Notes: generated from the letters alone by a model not told the origin. DNA of 64,000 bases from Escherichia coli (GCF_003334305.1 NZ_QOWS01000002.1), one strand, 5' to 3'. Positions 1 through 11,166 are shown, counted from the stretch's first letter. A program made the numbers and translations.

Positions 1-433
1 AATGGCGACGAAGGTTACCACCCACACCCACGGCGGCACTTCCGGGAAGAGGGCGGAGAGATAGATTTTCGCCAACAAAACGTTGATCATCGGCAAAAAG
101 AGATAATCCAGCAGTGATGACCAGCCGACCATAAATCCGACGTGCGGGTTAATCGACTTTTGCGCGTAGGTATAGGCCGAACCGGCCTCCGGAAACTGGC
201 GAACCAGTTTGCCGTAGCTGATAGCGGTAAACAGCACGCCCGCCAGCGCTAGCAAATAGGACGCCGGAACGTGACCGTCGCTAATGCCTGACACAATGCC
301 AAAAGTATCGAACACAGTCATCGGCGTGAGATAGGCCAGACCCATCATTACCACCTGCCACAATTTCAGTGATTTTCGCAGACGGGTTTTGCCGGGTTGC
401 GCAGCAATATTCAGTGGTGAATTAATAGCCATA
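1..433 (-). CDS. puuP: putrescine importer PuuP, 5' portion only (gene runs off the window start)
   Basis: Reverse-strand ATG at 431-433 followed by [28 protein letters not shown]..., an amino-acid/polyamine permease N-terminus; lies directly downstream of puuA as in the puu cluster. Not in the ORF track because no stop lies in-window. Confidence 0.85.
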
Positions 434-734
434 ATTGCTGCCTCCCCTGCGTAATAAGGTTTGCGGTCGTGTCGACCTGAAATCAAACCTGTTTAGCAAG
501 GGAAGCAAAGGGGGCGGAGTCCAGTCAGTAGCAGGAGGGGCGCATACGCAGCCTCCCTCGCCATGCGGGGATTTAATCATCGGCATCATCTCATTTCCTC
601 GTCACAGTCTTAATCGTTAACGGAAGCCCGTTGCCGCCTGCGCTCCATAACGCGACATCCGGGAAATGTCTGGATTACCAGCAAATGTCAGGCCTGGCTC
701 CGCTCAGGCCGATGAAACACCCCCGCAAGGGGAA

Positions 735-2153
735 TTACGCGTTTTTCAACATCCACTCAATTTCTGTTTCTGTGATGAGGCGCTCAAACTGCAACAGCTC
801 ATCATTTTTACAGGCGTGATACACATGGCAAAACCGTTCGCCTAAATAGCGGCGCAGGTGATCATTCTCGATAAACTCACCCAGGGCATCGCTCTGGCGA
901 ATCGGGAAGGGTAAGCCTTCCTGTTCCAGCCCGTTGCCTTCGACTTCTTCCTGCAACGGCAGCTCGTTATCAAGGCCATGCAAAATACCGGCAAAAATCG
1001 CTGCCATCACCAGATATGGGTTGGCATCGGCACCCGCCACGCGATATTCCACGCGGTGATTATGACGGTCGCCGCACGGAATACGCAGGGCGACGGTGCG
1101 GTTGTTATGGCCCCACGACGCCTGCGTCGGCACATACATTCCCGGCTGGAAGCGGCGATACGAGTTCACGTTTGGTGCCAGCAACGCCATCGACGACGGC
1201 ATCAGGTCAATCATCCCGGCGAGCATCTTTTTCAGCAGCGGCGAATCTTCGCCTTCCGCGTCAGAAAGCACGTTCTCGCCACGGTTATTTTGCATACTGA
1301 TATGGATATGCATTCCGCTGCCCGCGTGCTCTTCATACGGCTTCGCCATAAAAGTGGCGTGCATCTTATGCTTTTCTGCCATCAGACGCACCAGGCGTTT
1401 TAGCGCCAGCGCATCATCGCAGGCTTCCAGCACGTTATCGGTATGGTAAAGGTTGATTTCAAACTGACCCGGCGAGGCTTCGGCGACCGCACCGTCGGCG
1501 GGAATTAACTGTAACTGCGCCAGTTCATCAATATCATTGAGCACATCGGCGAAGTGGTTGAGGTTATCAACGGAGTAAACCTGGCTTTGTGTATTGCGGT
1601 CATCGGTGCCGGGCGCGCAGGGCGGTTGCAGATACCCTTCAGCGTCGCGCTGACGATCCAGTAAATAGAACTCCAGCTCTACCGCTACAACCGGGAACAA
1701 TCCGCGCTGGCGTAGCTGCTGCCACAGGCGGTTAAGAACGTTCCGCGGCTCAACGTCAAAGGGAGCGCCATCTTCATCGACCATGGTCAGGAGCATCTGA
1801 CCGATAAACTCTGGATCGGCGGCAGAAGGGGTTAAGGAACCGAGAACAGGAACACAAGTACGATCCGGCTCGCCCATTTCCTGACCCAGACCCGCTTCTT
1901 CTACTACGTTGCCCAGAATATCCATTGCAAACACCGAGGCCGGGAAATAACACCCTTTCTCCAACTTCTTCAGGCTTGAAACAGGGATACGTTTTCCACG
2001 GAAGCAACCATTCAAATCAGTAAGTAAAACATCAACATATTGCGTATTCGGGTAGCGCTCCAGGTAGCGTTTCACTTCCTGCGTAAAGGCGCTACCCCGC
2101 CTCTCTTCTGACTGCTGAACAAAGTTCTCTACTTCAACGATATTGGTTTCCAT
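735..2153 (-). CDS. puuA: gamma-glutamylputrescine synthetase (glutamine synthetase family)
   Basis: Track ORF 735..2231; trimmed to the ATG at 2151-2153 (METNIVEVENF...) giving 472 aa, the length I recall for PuuA. Confidence 0.93.
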   Translation of the reverse strand: METNIVEVENFVQQSEERRGSAFTQEVKRYLERYPNTQYVDVLLTDLNGCFRGKRIPVSSLKKLEKGCYFPASVFAMDILGNVVEEAGLGQEMGEPDRTCVPVLGSLTPSAADPEFIGQMLLTMVDEDGAPFDVEPRNVLNRLWQQLRQRGLFPVVAVELEFYLLDRQRDAEGYLQPPCAPGTDDRNTQSQVYSVDNLNHFADVLNDIDELAQLQLIPADGAVAEASPGQFEINLYHTDNVLEACDDALALKRLVRLMAEKHKMHATFMAKPYEEHAGSGMHIHISMQNNRGENVLSDAEGEDSPLLKKMLAGMIDLMPSSMALLAPNVNSYRRFQPGMYVPTQASWGHNNRTVALRIPCGDRHNHRVEYRVAGADANPYLVMAAIFAGILHGLDNELPLQEEVEGNGLEQEGLPFPIRQSDALGEFIENDHLRRYLGERFCHVYHACKNDELLQFERLITETEIEWMLKNA

Positions 2154-2196
2154 GATTCTTCGCCTTTGGTTTGTTTTCCGCTCGTTATCAAAGCGT

Positions 2197-2307
2197 AAAA
2201 TATAATGACCACCATTCGAATCTGTATGCAAACTAAATGTTTGTCAAATGTTAAATTGAGTTTGCAAAAATGAAAACCCACTGCTAGATTGAAAAAATAT
2301 TGAACAT
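2197..2307. promoter_or_regulatory. puuA/puuD divergent control region with two candidate PuuR boxes
   Basis: AAAATATAATGACCA at 2197-2211 and AAAAATATTGAACAT at 2293-2307 in the 211-bp divergent intergenic region; they resemble the PuuR recognition motif as I recall it (AAAATATAATGAACA). Assignment is by similarity only. Confidence 0.35.
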
Positions 2308-2364
2308 AAAGGTCATTTAAACCGCAGTAATGGCGATAATTTAGTCCACTTTGTGAGATTGAGC

Positions 2365-3129
2365 ATGGAAAATATAATGAACAATCCGGTTATCGGTGTC
2401 GTAATGTGCAGGAACAGGCTTAAGGGTCATGCGACCCAGACTCTGCAAGAAAAGTACCTGAATGCCATCATCCACGCAGGCGGCTTGCCAATTGCGCTAC
2501 CACATGCGCTGGCGGAACCGTCATTACTTGAACAACTTTTGCCGAAACTCGATGGCATTTATCTTCCTGGTAGTCCCAGCAATGTGCAGCCGCACCTATA
2601 TGGTGAAAACGGCGATGAGCCTGACGCCGATCCCGGGCGTGATCTTCTGAGCATGGCGTTAATTAATGCCGCACTCGAAAGGCGCATCCCCATTTTCGCC
2701 ATCTGCCGGGGTTTACAAGAACTGGTGGTGGCAACCGGTGGTTCGTTGCATCGCAAGCTGTGCGAACAGCCTGAATTGCTGGAACATCGGGAAGATCCCG
2801 AACTGCCGGTGGAACAGCAATATGCACCGTCGCATGAAGTTCAGGTTGAAGAGGGGGGATTACTGTCTGCGTTGTTACCTGAATGTAGCAACTTTTGGGT
2901 AAACTCTCTACATGGACAAGGGGCGAAGGTCGTTAGCCCACGGTTGCGTGTTGAAGCTCGCTCGCCGGATGGCTTAGTTGAGGCGGTTAGCGTCATCAAT
3001 CATCCTTTTGCGCTGGGCGTACAGTGGCACCCGGAATGGAACAGTAGCGAGTACGCGCTTTCGCGTATATTGTTCGAGGGCTTTATCACCGCTTGTCAGC
3101 ACCATATCGCTGAAAAACAGCGACTCTGA
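2365..3129 (+). CDS. puuD: gamma-glutamyl-gamma-aminobutyrate hydrolase (class I glutamine amidotransferase-like)
   Basis: Track ORF 2353..3129; start placed at ATG 2365 (MENIMNNPVIGVV...) giving 254 aa. Confidence 0.92.
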   Translation: MENIMNNPVIGVVMCRNRLKGHATQTLQEKYLNAIIHAGGLPIALPHALAEPSLLEQLLPKLDGIYLPGSPSNVQPHLYGENGDEPDADPGRDLLSMALINAALERRIPIFAICRGLQELVVATGGSLHRKLCEQPELLEHREDPELPVEQQYAPSHEVQVEEGGLLSALLPECSNFWVNSLHGQGAKVVSPRLRVEARSPDGLVEAVSVINHPFALGVQWHPEWNSSEYALSRILFEGFITACQHHIAEKQRL

Positions 3130-3155
3130 CCACTACAGTTTAAGGAAATGCAAAT

Positions 3156-3713
3156 ATGAGTGATGAGGGACTGGCGCCAGGAAAACGCTTGTCGGAAATC
3201 CGCCAGCAGCAGGGGCTTTCACAACGTCGTGCCGCCGAACTCTCCGGGCTGACTCACAGTGCTATCAGTACGATAGAACAAGATAAAGTCAGCCCTGCCA
3301 TCAGTACGCTGCAAAAGCTGCTGAAGGTGTATGGTCTGTCACTCTCGGAATTCTTTTCCGAGCCGGAAAAACCTGATGAGCCGCAGGTCGTCATTAATCA
3401 GGACGACTTAATTGAGATGGGCAGTCAGGGTGTGTCAATGAAGCTGGTTCATAACGGTAACCCGAATCGCACGCTGGCGATGATCTTTGAAACGTACCAG
3501 CCGGGCACAACCACTGGGGAAAGAATTAAGCATCAGGGTGAGGAAATAGGCACTGTACTGGAAGGTGAAATTGTTCTGACCATTAATGGTCAGGATTACC
3601 ACCTCGTCGCGGGGCAAAGTTATGCCATTAATACCGGCATCCCGCACAGTTTCAGTAATACGTCGGCAGGTATTTGCCGAATTATCAGCGCCCATACGCC
3701 CACCACGTTTTAA
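3156..3713 (+). CDS. puuR: HTH-type repressor of the puu genes (XRE HTH plus cupin domain)
   Basis: 185-aa ORF; N-terminal HTH (LSQRRAAELSGLTHSAISTIEQ) and position between puuD and puuC. Confidence 0.92.
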   Translation: MSDEGLAPGKRLSEIRQQQGLSQRRAAELSGLTHSAISTIEQDKVSPAISTLQKLLKVYGLSLSEFFSEPEKPDEPQVVINQDDLIEMGSQGVSMKLVHNGNPNRTLAMIFETYQPGTTTGERIKHQGEEIGTVLEGEIVLTINGQDYHLVAGQSYAINTGIPHSFSNTSAGICRIISAHTPTTF

Positions 3714-3862
3714 TCTTTTTGTTCTGTAAGCCGGGTAAGCGCAATGCGCCCGGCAATCCATAAAGAATGTCGCCAGAAATAAACGGGCATACGGCCCGGG
3801 GATCTCTGCGCCCTGACGTTCACAAACTGCATATATCTGATAGACGTGAAACAGGAGTCATA

Positions 3863-5350
3863 ATGAATTTTCATCATCTGGCTTACTGGCAGGATAAAGC
3901 GTTAAGTCTCGCCATTGAAAACCGCTTATTTATTAACGGTGAATATACTGCTGCGGCGGAAAATGAAACCTTTGAAACCGTTGATCCGGTCACCCAGGCA
4001 CCGCTGGCGAAAATTGCCCGCGGCAAGAGCGTCGATATCGACCGTGCGGTGAGCGCAGCACGCGGCGTATTTGAACGCGGCGACTGGTCACTCTCTTCTC
4101 CGGCTAAACGTAAAGCGGTACTGAATAAACTCGCCGATTTAATGGAAGCCCACGCCGAAGAGCTGGCACTGCTGGAAACTCTCGACACCGGCAAACCGAT
4201 TCGTCACAGTCTGCGTGATGATATTCCCGGCGCGGCGCGCGCCATTCGCTGGTACGCCGAAGCGATCGACAAAGTGTATGGCGAAGTGGCGACCACCAGT
4301 AGCCATGAGCTGGCGATGATCGTGCGTGAACCGGTCGGCGTGATTGCCGCCATCGTGCCGTGGAACTTCCCGCTGTTGCTGACTTGCTGGAAACTCGGCC
4401 CGGCGCTGGCGGCGGGAAACAGCGTGATTCTAAAACCGTCTGAAAAATCACCGCTCAGTGCGATTCGTCTCGCGGGGCTGGCGAAAGAAGCAGGCTTGCC
4501 GGATGGTGTGTTGAACGTGGTGACGGGTTTTGGTCATGAAGCGGGGCAGGCGCTTTCGCGTCATAACGATATCGATGCCATCGCCTTTACCGGCTCCACG
4601 CGTACGGGTAAACAACTGCTGAAAGACGCGGGTGATAGCAACATGAAACGTGTCTGGCTGGAAGCGGGCGGCAAAAGCGCCAACATCGTTTTCGCCGATT
4701 GTCCGGATCTGCAAAAAGCGGCAAGCGCCACCGCCGCAGGCATCTTCTACAACCAGGGCCAGGTGTGCATCGCCGGAACGCGTTTGTTACTGGAAGAGAG
4801 CATTGCCGATGAATTCTTAGCCCTGTTAAAACAGCAGGCGCAAAACTGGCAGCCGGGTCATCCACTTGATCCCGCAACCACCATGGGCACCTTAATCGAC
4901 TGCGCCCACGCCGACTCGGTGCATAGCTTTATTCGTGAAGGCGAAAGCAAAGGGCAACTGCTGCTGGATGGCCGTAACGCCGAGCTGGCTGCCGCCATCG
5001 GCCCGACCATCTTTGTGGATGTAGACCCGAATGCGTCCTTAAGCCGCGAAGAGATTTTCGGCCCGGTGTTGGTGGTCACGCGTTTCACATCAGAAGATCA
5101 GGCGCTTCAGCTTGCTAACGACAGCCAGTACGGCCTCGGCGCGGCGGTATGGACGCGCGACCTCTCCCGCGCGCACCGCATGAGCCGTCGCCTGAAAGCC
5201 GGTTCCGTCTTCGTCAATAACTACAACGACGGCGATATGACCGTGCCGTTTGGCGGCTATAAGCAGAGCGGCAACGGTCGCGACAAATCCCTGCATGCCC
5301 TTGAAAAATTCACTGAACTGAAAACCATCTGGATAAGCCTGGAGGCCTGA
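3863..5350 (+). CDS. puuC: gamma-glutamyl-gamma-aminobutyraldehyde dehydrogenase (aldehyde dehydrogenase family)
   Basis: Track ORF 3767..5350 trimmed to ATG 3863 (MNFHHLAYWQDK...) giving 495 aa; aldehyde dehydrogenase motifs (FTGSTRTG, EAGGKS). Confidence 0.92.
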   Translation: MNFHHLAYWQDKALSLAIENRLFINGEYTAAAENETFETVDPVTQAPLAKIARGKSVDIDRAVSAARGVFERGDWSLSSPAKRKAVLNKLADLMEAHAEELALLETLDTGKPIRHSLRDDIPGAARAIRWYAEAIDKVYGEVATTSSHELAMIVREPVGVIAAIVPWNFPLLLTCWKLGPALAAGNSVILKPSEKSPLSAIRLAGLAKEAGLPDGVLNVVTGFGHEAGQALSRHNDIDAIAFTGSTRTGKQLLKDAGDSNMKRVWLEAGGKSANIVFADCPDLQKAASATAAGIFYNQGQVCIAGTRLLLEESIADEFLALLKQQAQNWQPGHPLDPATTMGTLIDCAHADSVHSFIREGESKGQLLLDGRNAELAAAIGPTIFVDVDPNASLSREEIFGPVLVVTRFTSEDQALQLANDSQYGLGAAVWTRDLSRAHRMSRRLKAGSVFVNNYNDGDMTVPFGGYKQSGNGRDKSLHALEKFTELKTIWISLEA

Positions 5351-5351
5351 A

Positions 5352-6632
5352 ATGACCGAACATACCAGCAGTTATTACGCCGCCAGTGCGAATAAATACG
5401 CGCCATTCGACACGCTGAATGAGTCAATCACCTGCGACGTTTGCGTGGTTGGCGGCGGCTATACCGGGCTCTCCTCCGCGCTGCATCTGGCGGAAGCGGG
5501 CTTTGACGTAGTGGTTCTCGAAGCCTCACGCATCGGCTTTGGCGCAAGCGGGCGCAATGGCGGGCAGCTTGTGAACTCCTACAGCCGCGACATCGACGTG
5601 ATCGAAAAAAGCTACGGCATGGACACCGCCCGTATGCTCGGCAGCATGATGTTCGAAGGTGGTGAGATCATCCGCGAACGTATCAAACGTTATCAGATTG
5701 ACTGCGACTACCGCCCCGGCGGCCTGTTTGTGGCGATGAATGATAAACAGCTCGCCACACTTGAAGAGCAGAAAGAGAACTGGGAACGCTACGGCAATAA
5801 ACAGCTGGAATTGCTGGACGCCAACGCCATTCGCCGTGAAGTAGCCAGCGATCGCTATACCGGTGCGCTGCTGGATCACAGCGGTGGGCATATTCATCCG
5901 CTAAACCTCGCCATTGGCGAAGCGGACGCCATCCGCCTCAACGGCGGGCGCGTGTATGAACTTTCTGCCGTGACGCAGATCCAGCACACCACGCCAGCCG
6001 TTGTGCGAACTGCCAAAGGTCAGGTGACGGCGAAGTATGTGATTGTCGCCGGGAATGCGTATCTGGGCGATAAAGTAGAGCCGGAACTGGCGAAACGCAG
6101 CATGCCGTGCGGCACGCAGGTGATCACCACCGAACGGCTGTCGGAAGATTTAGCCCGTTCGCTGATCCCGAAAAACTACTGTGTGGAAGACTGTAACTAT
6201 CTGCTTGATTACTACCGTCTTACCGCCGACAACCGCCTGCTGTACGGCGGCGGCGTGGTCTACGGCGCGCGCGACCCGGATGACGTTGAGCGCCTTGTGG
6301 TGCCGAAACTGCTGAAAACCTTCCCGCAGCTGAAGGGCGTGAAAATTGATTACCGCTGGACGGGCAACTTCCTGCTGACCTTGTCGCGCATGCCGCAGTT
6401 CGGTCGCCTTGATACCAACATCTATTACATGCAGGGCTACAGCGGCCACGGCGTCACCTGTACCCATCTTGCCGGGCGTCTGATTGCCGAACTGCTGCGC
6501 GGCGACGCCGAACGTTTCGATGCCTTCGCCAATCTGCCGCATTACCCGTTCCCCGGCGGGCGCACGCTGCGCGTGCCATTTACCGCGATGGGCGCGGCTT
6601 ATTACAGCCTGCGCGATCGTCTGGGCGTTTAA
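5352..6632 (+). CDS. puuB: gamma-glutamylputrescine oxidase (FAD-dependent)
   Basis: 426-aa ORF with N-terminal FAD-binding GGGYTG motif; start 1 nt after the puuC stop. Confidence 0.92.
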   Translation: MTEHTSSYYAASANKYAPFDTLNESITCDVCVVGGGYTGLSSALHLAEAGFDVVVLEASRIGFGASGRNGGQLVNSYSRDIDVIEKSYGMDTARMLGSMMFEGGEIIRERIKRYQIDCDYRPGGLFVAMNDKQLATLEEQKENWERYGNKQLELLDANAIRREVASDRYTGALLDHSGGHIHPLNLAIGEADAIRLNGGRVYELSAVTQIQHTTPAVVRTAKGQVTAKYVIVAGNAYLGDKVEPELAKRSMPCGTQVITTERLSEDLARSLIPKNYCVEDCNYLLDYYRLTADNRLLYGGGVVYGARDPDDVERLVVPKLLKTFPQLKGVKIDYRWTGNFLLTLSRMPQFGRLDTNIYYMQGYSGHGVTCTHLAGRLIAELLRGDAERFDAFANLPHYPFPGGRTLRVPFTAMGAAYYSLRDRLGV

Positions 6633-6669
6633 TTTCCGATTAACAGTGAAGAGTCAAAAGGTGTGAAAC

Positions 6670-7935
6670 ATGAGCAACAATGAATTCCATCAGCGTCGTC
6701 TTTCTGCTACCCCACGCGGGGTTGGCGTGATGTGTAACTTCTTCGCCCAGTCGGCAGAAAACGCTACGCTGAAGGACGTAGAGGGCAACGAATACATCGA
6801 TTTCGCCGCAGGCATTGCGGTGCTGAATACCGGGCATCGCCACCCTGATCTGGTCGCGGCGGTGGAGCAGCAATTGCAACAGTTTACCCACACGGCGTAT
6901 CAGATTGTGCCGTACGAAAGCTACGTCACGCTGGCGGAGAAAATTAACGCCCTTGCCCCAGTGAGCGGGCAGGCTAAAACCGCATTCTTCACTACCGGTG
7001 CGGAAGCGGTGGAAAACGCGGTGAAAATTGCTCGCGCCCATACCGGACGACCTGGCGTGATTGCGTTTAGCGGTGGCTTCCACGGTCGTACATATATGAC
7101 CATGGCGCTGACCGGAAAAGTTGCGCCGTACAAAATCGGCTTCGGCCCGTTCCCTGGTTCGGTGTATCACGTACCTTATCCGTCAGATTTACACGGCATT
7201 TCAACACAGGACTCCCTCGACGCCATCGAACGCTTGTTTAAATCAGACATCGAAGCGAAGCAGGTCGCGGCCATTATTTTCGAACCGGTGCAGGGCGAGG
7301 GCGGTTTCAACGTTGCGCCAAAAGAGCTGGTTGCCGCCATTCGCCGCCTGTGCGACGAGCACGGTATTGTGATGATTGCCGATGAAGTGCAAAGCGGCTT
7401 TGCGCGTACCGGTAAACTGTTTGCCATGGATCATTACGCCGATAAGCCGGACTTAAAGACGATGGCGAAAAGCCTCGCGGGCGGGATGCCGCTTTCGGGC
7501 GTGGTCGGTAACGCGAATATTATGGACGCGCCCGCGCCGGGCGGGTTGGGTGGCACCTACGCCGGGAACCCGCTGGCGGTGGCTGCCGCGCACGCGGTGC
7601 TCAATATTATCGACAAAGAATCACTCTGCGAACGCGCGAATCAACTGGGCCAGCGTCTCAAAAACACGTTGATTGATGCCAAAGAAAGCGTTCCGGCCAT
7701 TGCTGCGGTACGCGGCCTGGGGTCGATGATTGCGGCAGAGTTTAACGATCCGCAAACGGGCGAGCCGTCAGCGGCGATTGCACAGAAAATCCAGCAACGC
7801 GCGCTGGCGCAGGGGCTGCTCCTGCTGACCTGTGGCGCATACGGCAACGTGATTCGCTTCCTGTATCCGCTGACCATACCGGATGCGCAATTCGATGCGG
7901 CAATGAAAATTTTGCAGGATGCGCTGAGCGATTAA
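6670..7935 (+). CDS. puuE: 4-aminobutyrate aminotransferase (class III PLP aminotransferase)
   Basis: 421-aa ORF; class III aminotransferase sequence; last gene of the puu cluster. Confidence 0.92.
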   Translation: MSNNEFHQRRLSATPRGVGVMCNFFAQSAENATLKDVEGNEYIDFAAGIAVLNTGHRHPDLVAAVEQQLQQFTHTAYQIVPYESYVTLAEKINALAPVSGQAKTAFFTTGAEAVENAVKIARAHTGRPGVIAFSGGFHGRTYMTMALTGKVAPYKIGFGPFPGSVYHVPYPSDLHGISTQDSLDAIERLFKSDIEAKQVAAIIFEPVQGEGGFNVAPKELVAAIRRLCDEHGIVMIADEVQSGFARTGKLFAMDHYADKPDLKTMAKSLAGGMPLSGVVGNANIMDAPAPGGLGGTYAGNPLAVAAAHAVLNIIDKESLCERANQLGQRLKNTLIDAKESVPAIAAVRGLGSMIAAEFNDPQTGEPSAAIAQKIQQRALAQGLLLLTCGAYGNVIRFLYPLTIPDAQFDAAMKILQDALSD

Positions 7936-7953
7936 TAGCCCAACGCAATAATG

Positions 7954-8036
7954 TCTGATGCGCTGCGCTTATCAGGCCTGCAAACGACGTATTGATTATG
8001 TATGCCGAATAAAGCATTCACGCCGCATCCGGCAAG
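7954..8036. repeat. REP-type extragenic palindromes (pair) between convergent puuE and pspF
   Basis: GATGCGCTGCGCTTATCAGGCCTG and CACGCCGCATCCGGCA units characteristic of enterobacterial REP/BIME elements; track ORF 7958..8155 over this region is judged non-coding. Confidence 0.5.
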
Positions 8037-8054
8037 TTGTATTGCTCAACTTCG

Positions 8055-9032
8055 CTAAATCTGGTGCTTTTTCAACAACGCGCGGAACTGATGATAAGTT
8101 AACCCCAGTAATTCAGCCGCGCGCTTCTGGTTATATTTCCCTTGTTGCAAACTGAGTTGCAGCAACTCTTTTTCCTGCTGCATCTGAAACTCACGTAAAT
8201 CCAGCGGCAGTGTTGGAAGCGAGGTGGTTTCTGAAACGGCGATAGTGTCTTCAGGCGGACGCCGTTTAAAGGGATCAATAATGATGTCATCAAGCGGATA
8301 ATCGCTGGTGCCGTGGCGATACACTGAACGTTCCACCACGTTTTTCAATTCACGAATATTTCCCGGCCAACGATAATTCAGCAATGTTTCTCTGGCGCGC
8401 TCCGTAAACCCCGGGAACAGAGGCAGCTTGATTTCCCGACACATCTGGATGGCAAAGTGTTCTGCCATCAACATTATGTCGCTTTCGCGCTCGCGCAGTG
8501 GTGGCAGTTGTACAACATCAAAAGCCAGTCGGTCGAGCAGGTCAGCGCGAAAAGTGCCTTCATTGACCATCGCCGGGAGATCGGCATTCGTCGCGCATAC
8601 CAACCGCACATTCACCTGCAATGGCTGGCTGCCGCCAACGCGCTCCAGTTCACCGTACTCAATCACGCGCAATAATTTCTCCTGCACCATCATCGGTGCC
8701 GTAGCGAGTTCATCAAGAAATAGCGTACCGCCGTCGGCACGTTCAAATCTCCCTGGATGACGTTTTTGCGCACCGGTAAACGCCCCCGCTTCGTGACCAA
8801 ACAGTTCGGAATCCAGCAGATTTTCATTTAACGCCGCGCAGTTAAGGGAAATAAACGGCCCTTGCCAACGGGAGGAGAGATAATGCAGGCGGCTGGCAAT
8901 CAGCTCTTTACCGGTGCCGCGTTCGCCGATGATGAGCACCGGTTTGTCCAGCGGTGCGAGATGCGAAACCTGTTCCAGCACTTCGAGAAAGCTGTTCGCC
9001 TCACCAAGTAAATTATCTTTGTATTCTGCCAT
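8055..9032 (-). CDS. pspF: sigma-54-dependent transcriptional activator of the psp operon (AAA+ enhancer-binding protein)
   Basis: Track ORF 8055..9047 trimmed to ATG at 9030-9032 (MAEYKDNLLGE...) giving 325 aa; Walker A GERGTGKE and GAFTGA motif present. Confidence 0.93.
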   Translation of the reverse strand: MAEYKDNLLGEANSFLEVLEQVSHLAPLDKPVLIIGERGTGKELIASRLHYLSSRWQGPFISLNCAALNENLLDSELFGHEAGAFTGAQKRHPGRFERADGGTLFLDELATAPMMVQEKLLRVIEYGELERVGGSQPLQVNVRLVCATNADLPAMVNEGTFRADLLDRLAFDVVQLPPLRERESDIMLMAEHFAIQMCREIKLPLFPGFTERARETLLNYRWPGNIRELKNVVERSVYRHGTSDYPLDDIIIDPFKRRPPEDTIAVSETTSLPTLPLDLREFQMQQEKELLQLSLQQGKYNQKRAAELLGLTYHQFRALLKKHQI

Positions 9033-9126
9033 GATGAAATTCGCCACTTGTTAGTGTAATTCGCTAACTCATCCTGGCATGTTGCTGTTGATTCTTCAAT
9101 CAGATCTTTATAAATCAAAAAGATAA

Positions 9127-9867
<741 letters not shown>

Positions 9868-9920
9868 TAACATCCAGGCGGCGTCCGAACGCGCCGCCGC
9901 TCATCGTCTAAGGAGTACTT

Positions 9921-10145
9921 ATGAGCGCGCTATTTCTGGCTATTCCGTTAACCATTTTTGTGCTGTTTGTTTTACCGATCTGGTTATGGCTGCATTACAG
10001 CAATCGTTCTGGTCGCAGTGAATTGTCGCAAAGTGAGCAGCAGCGATTAGCGCAACTGGCTGATGAAGCAAAACGGATGCGCGAACGTATTCAGGCGCTG
10101 GAATCTATTCTTGATGCAGAACATCCGAACTGGAGGGATCGCTAA
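9921..10145 (+). CDS. pspB: phage shock protein B (small membrane protein)
   Basis: 74-aa ORF with N-terminal hydrophobic segment; stop overlaps the pspC start by 1 nt. Confidence 0.92.
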   Translation: MSALFLAIPLTIFVLFVLPIWLWLHYSNRSGRSELSQSEQQRLAQLADEAKRMRERIQALESILDAEHPNWRDR

Positions 10146-10504
10146 TGGCGGGCATTAATCTCAATAAAAAATTATGGCGTATTCCACAGCAGGGCATGGT
10201 CCGCGGCGTCTGCGCCGGGATTGCCAACTATTTTGATGTACCGGTAAAACTGGTGCGTATCCTGGTGGTGCTGTCGATTTTCTTCGGTCTGGCGCTGTTT
10301 ACCCTGGTTGCTTACATCATTTTGTCATTTGCGCTTGATCCAATGCCGGACAACATGGCCTTTGGTGAGCAGCTACCTTCCAGCAGCGAATTGCTGGATG
10401 AAGTCGACCGTGAACTGGCGGCAAGTGAAACGCGTTTACGCGAGATGGAACGTTATGTCACTTCCGATACTTTCACGTTACGTAGCCGTTTCCGTCAACT
10501 GTGA
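10145..10504 (+). CDS. pspC: phage shock protein C
   Basis: 119-aa ORF with central transmembrane segment; follows pspB. Confidence 0.92.
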
Positions 10505-10512
10505 GGAAAGTT

Positions 10513-10734
10513 ATGAATACTCGCTGGCAACAGGCCGGGCAAAAGGTAAAGCCTGGTTTCAAATTAGCAGGCAAGCTGGTACTTCTTACCGCACTGCGCT
10601 ATGGCCCGGCGGGTGTGGCGGGCTGGGCGATAAAATCAGTTGCTCGCCGACCGCTGAAAATGTTGCTGGCTGTGGCGCTGGAACCGCTGTTAAGTCGGGC
10701 TGCTAATAAACTGGCACAGCGTTATAAAAGGTGA
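10513..10734 (+). CDS. pspD: phage shock protein D
   Basis: Track ORF 10501..10734 trimmed to ATG 10513 ([11 protein letters not shown]...) giving 73 aa. Confidence 0.88.
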
Positions 10735-10808
10735 GGGGAGTTTCGCAAAAATTGTTAAATCTCAGGCGTATAATGGATGGCAATTTTCATCCATAGAAGG
10801 ACGCTTAC

Positions 10809-11123
10809 ATGTTTAAAAAAGGCTTACTTGCTCTGGCACTGGTGTTTTCACTGCCCGTTTTCGCCGCTGAACACTGGATCGATGTTCGTGTTCCAGAGCA
10901 GTATCAGCAAGAGCACGTTCAGGGGGCCATCAATATTCCCCTGAAGGAAGTGAAAGAGCGCATTGCCACCGCCGTTCCGGATAAAAACGACACCGTGAAA
11001 GTGTATTGCAATGCCGGACGCCAGTCAGGGCAAGCAAAAGAGATCCTTAGCGAGATGGGATATACCCACGTTGAGAACGCCGGTGGCCTGAAAGACATCG
11101 CAATGCCGAAGGTCAAAGGTTAA
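10809..11123 (+). CDS. pspE: thiosulfate sulfurtransferase (rhodanese), periplasmic
   Basis: 104-aa ORF with signal peptide and the rhodanese active-site region (VYCNAGRQSG). Confidence 0.92.
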   Translation: MFKKGLLALALVFSLPVFAAEHWIDVRVPEQYQQEHVQGAINIPLKEVKERIATAVPDKNDTVKVYCNAGRQSGQAKEILSEMGYTHVENAGGLKDIAMPKVKG

Positions 11124-11136
11124 AAGAATTCACCAT

Positions 11137-11166
11137 GAGCGGCGCTTATGCGCCGTTTTTTTTTCT
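11137..11166 (+). terminator. rho-independent terminator after pspE
   Basis: GC stem GGCGC-TTAT-GCGCC followed by a run of nine T. Confidence 0.7.

Noticed and set aside
435-819. Two short plus-strand ORFs and weak stem-loops (for example 692-710, 533-560) in the 300-bp puuA/puuP spacer
   Set aside because: The ORFs are antisense to the direction of puu transcription and lack ribosome-binding sites. The stem-loops have no U-tracts, so I could not support terminator or attenuator calls; an unannotated regulatory function is possible but not demonstrable from sequence.
978-1449. Plus-strand ORFs of 94-141 aa inside puuA
   Set aside because: Antisense to the conserved glutamine-synthetase-family gene; His/Arg-rich translations; no start context.
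7958-8155. 65-aa plus-strand track ORF after puuE
   Set aside because: Reads through REP palindromes and into the antisense of the pspF 3' end; judged non-coding.
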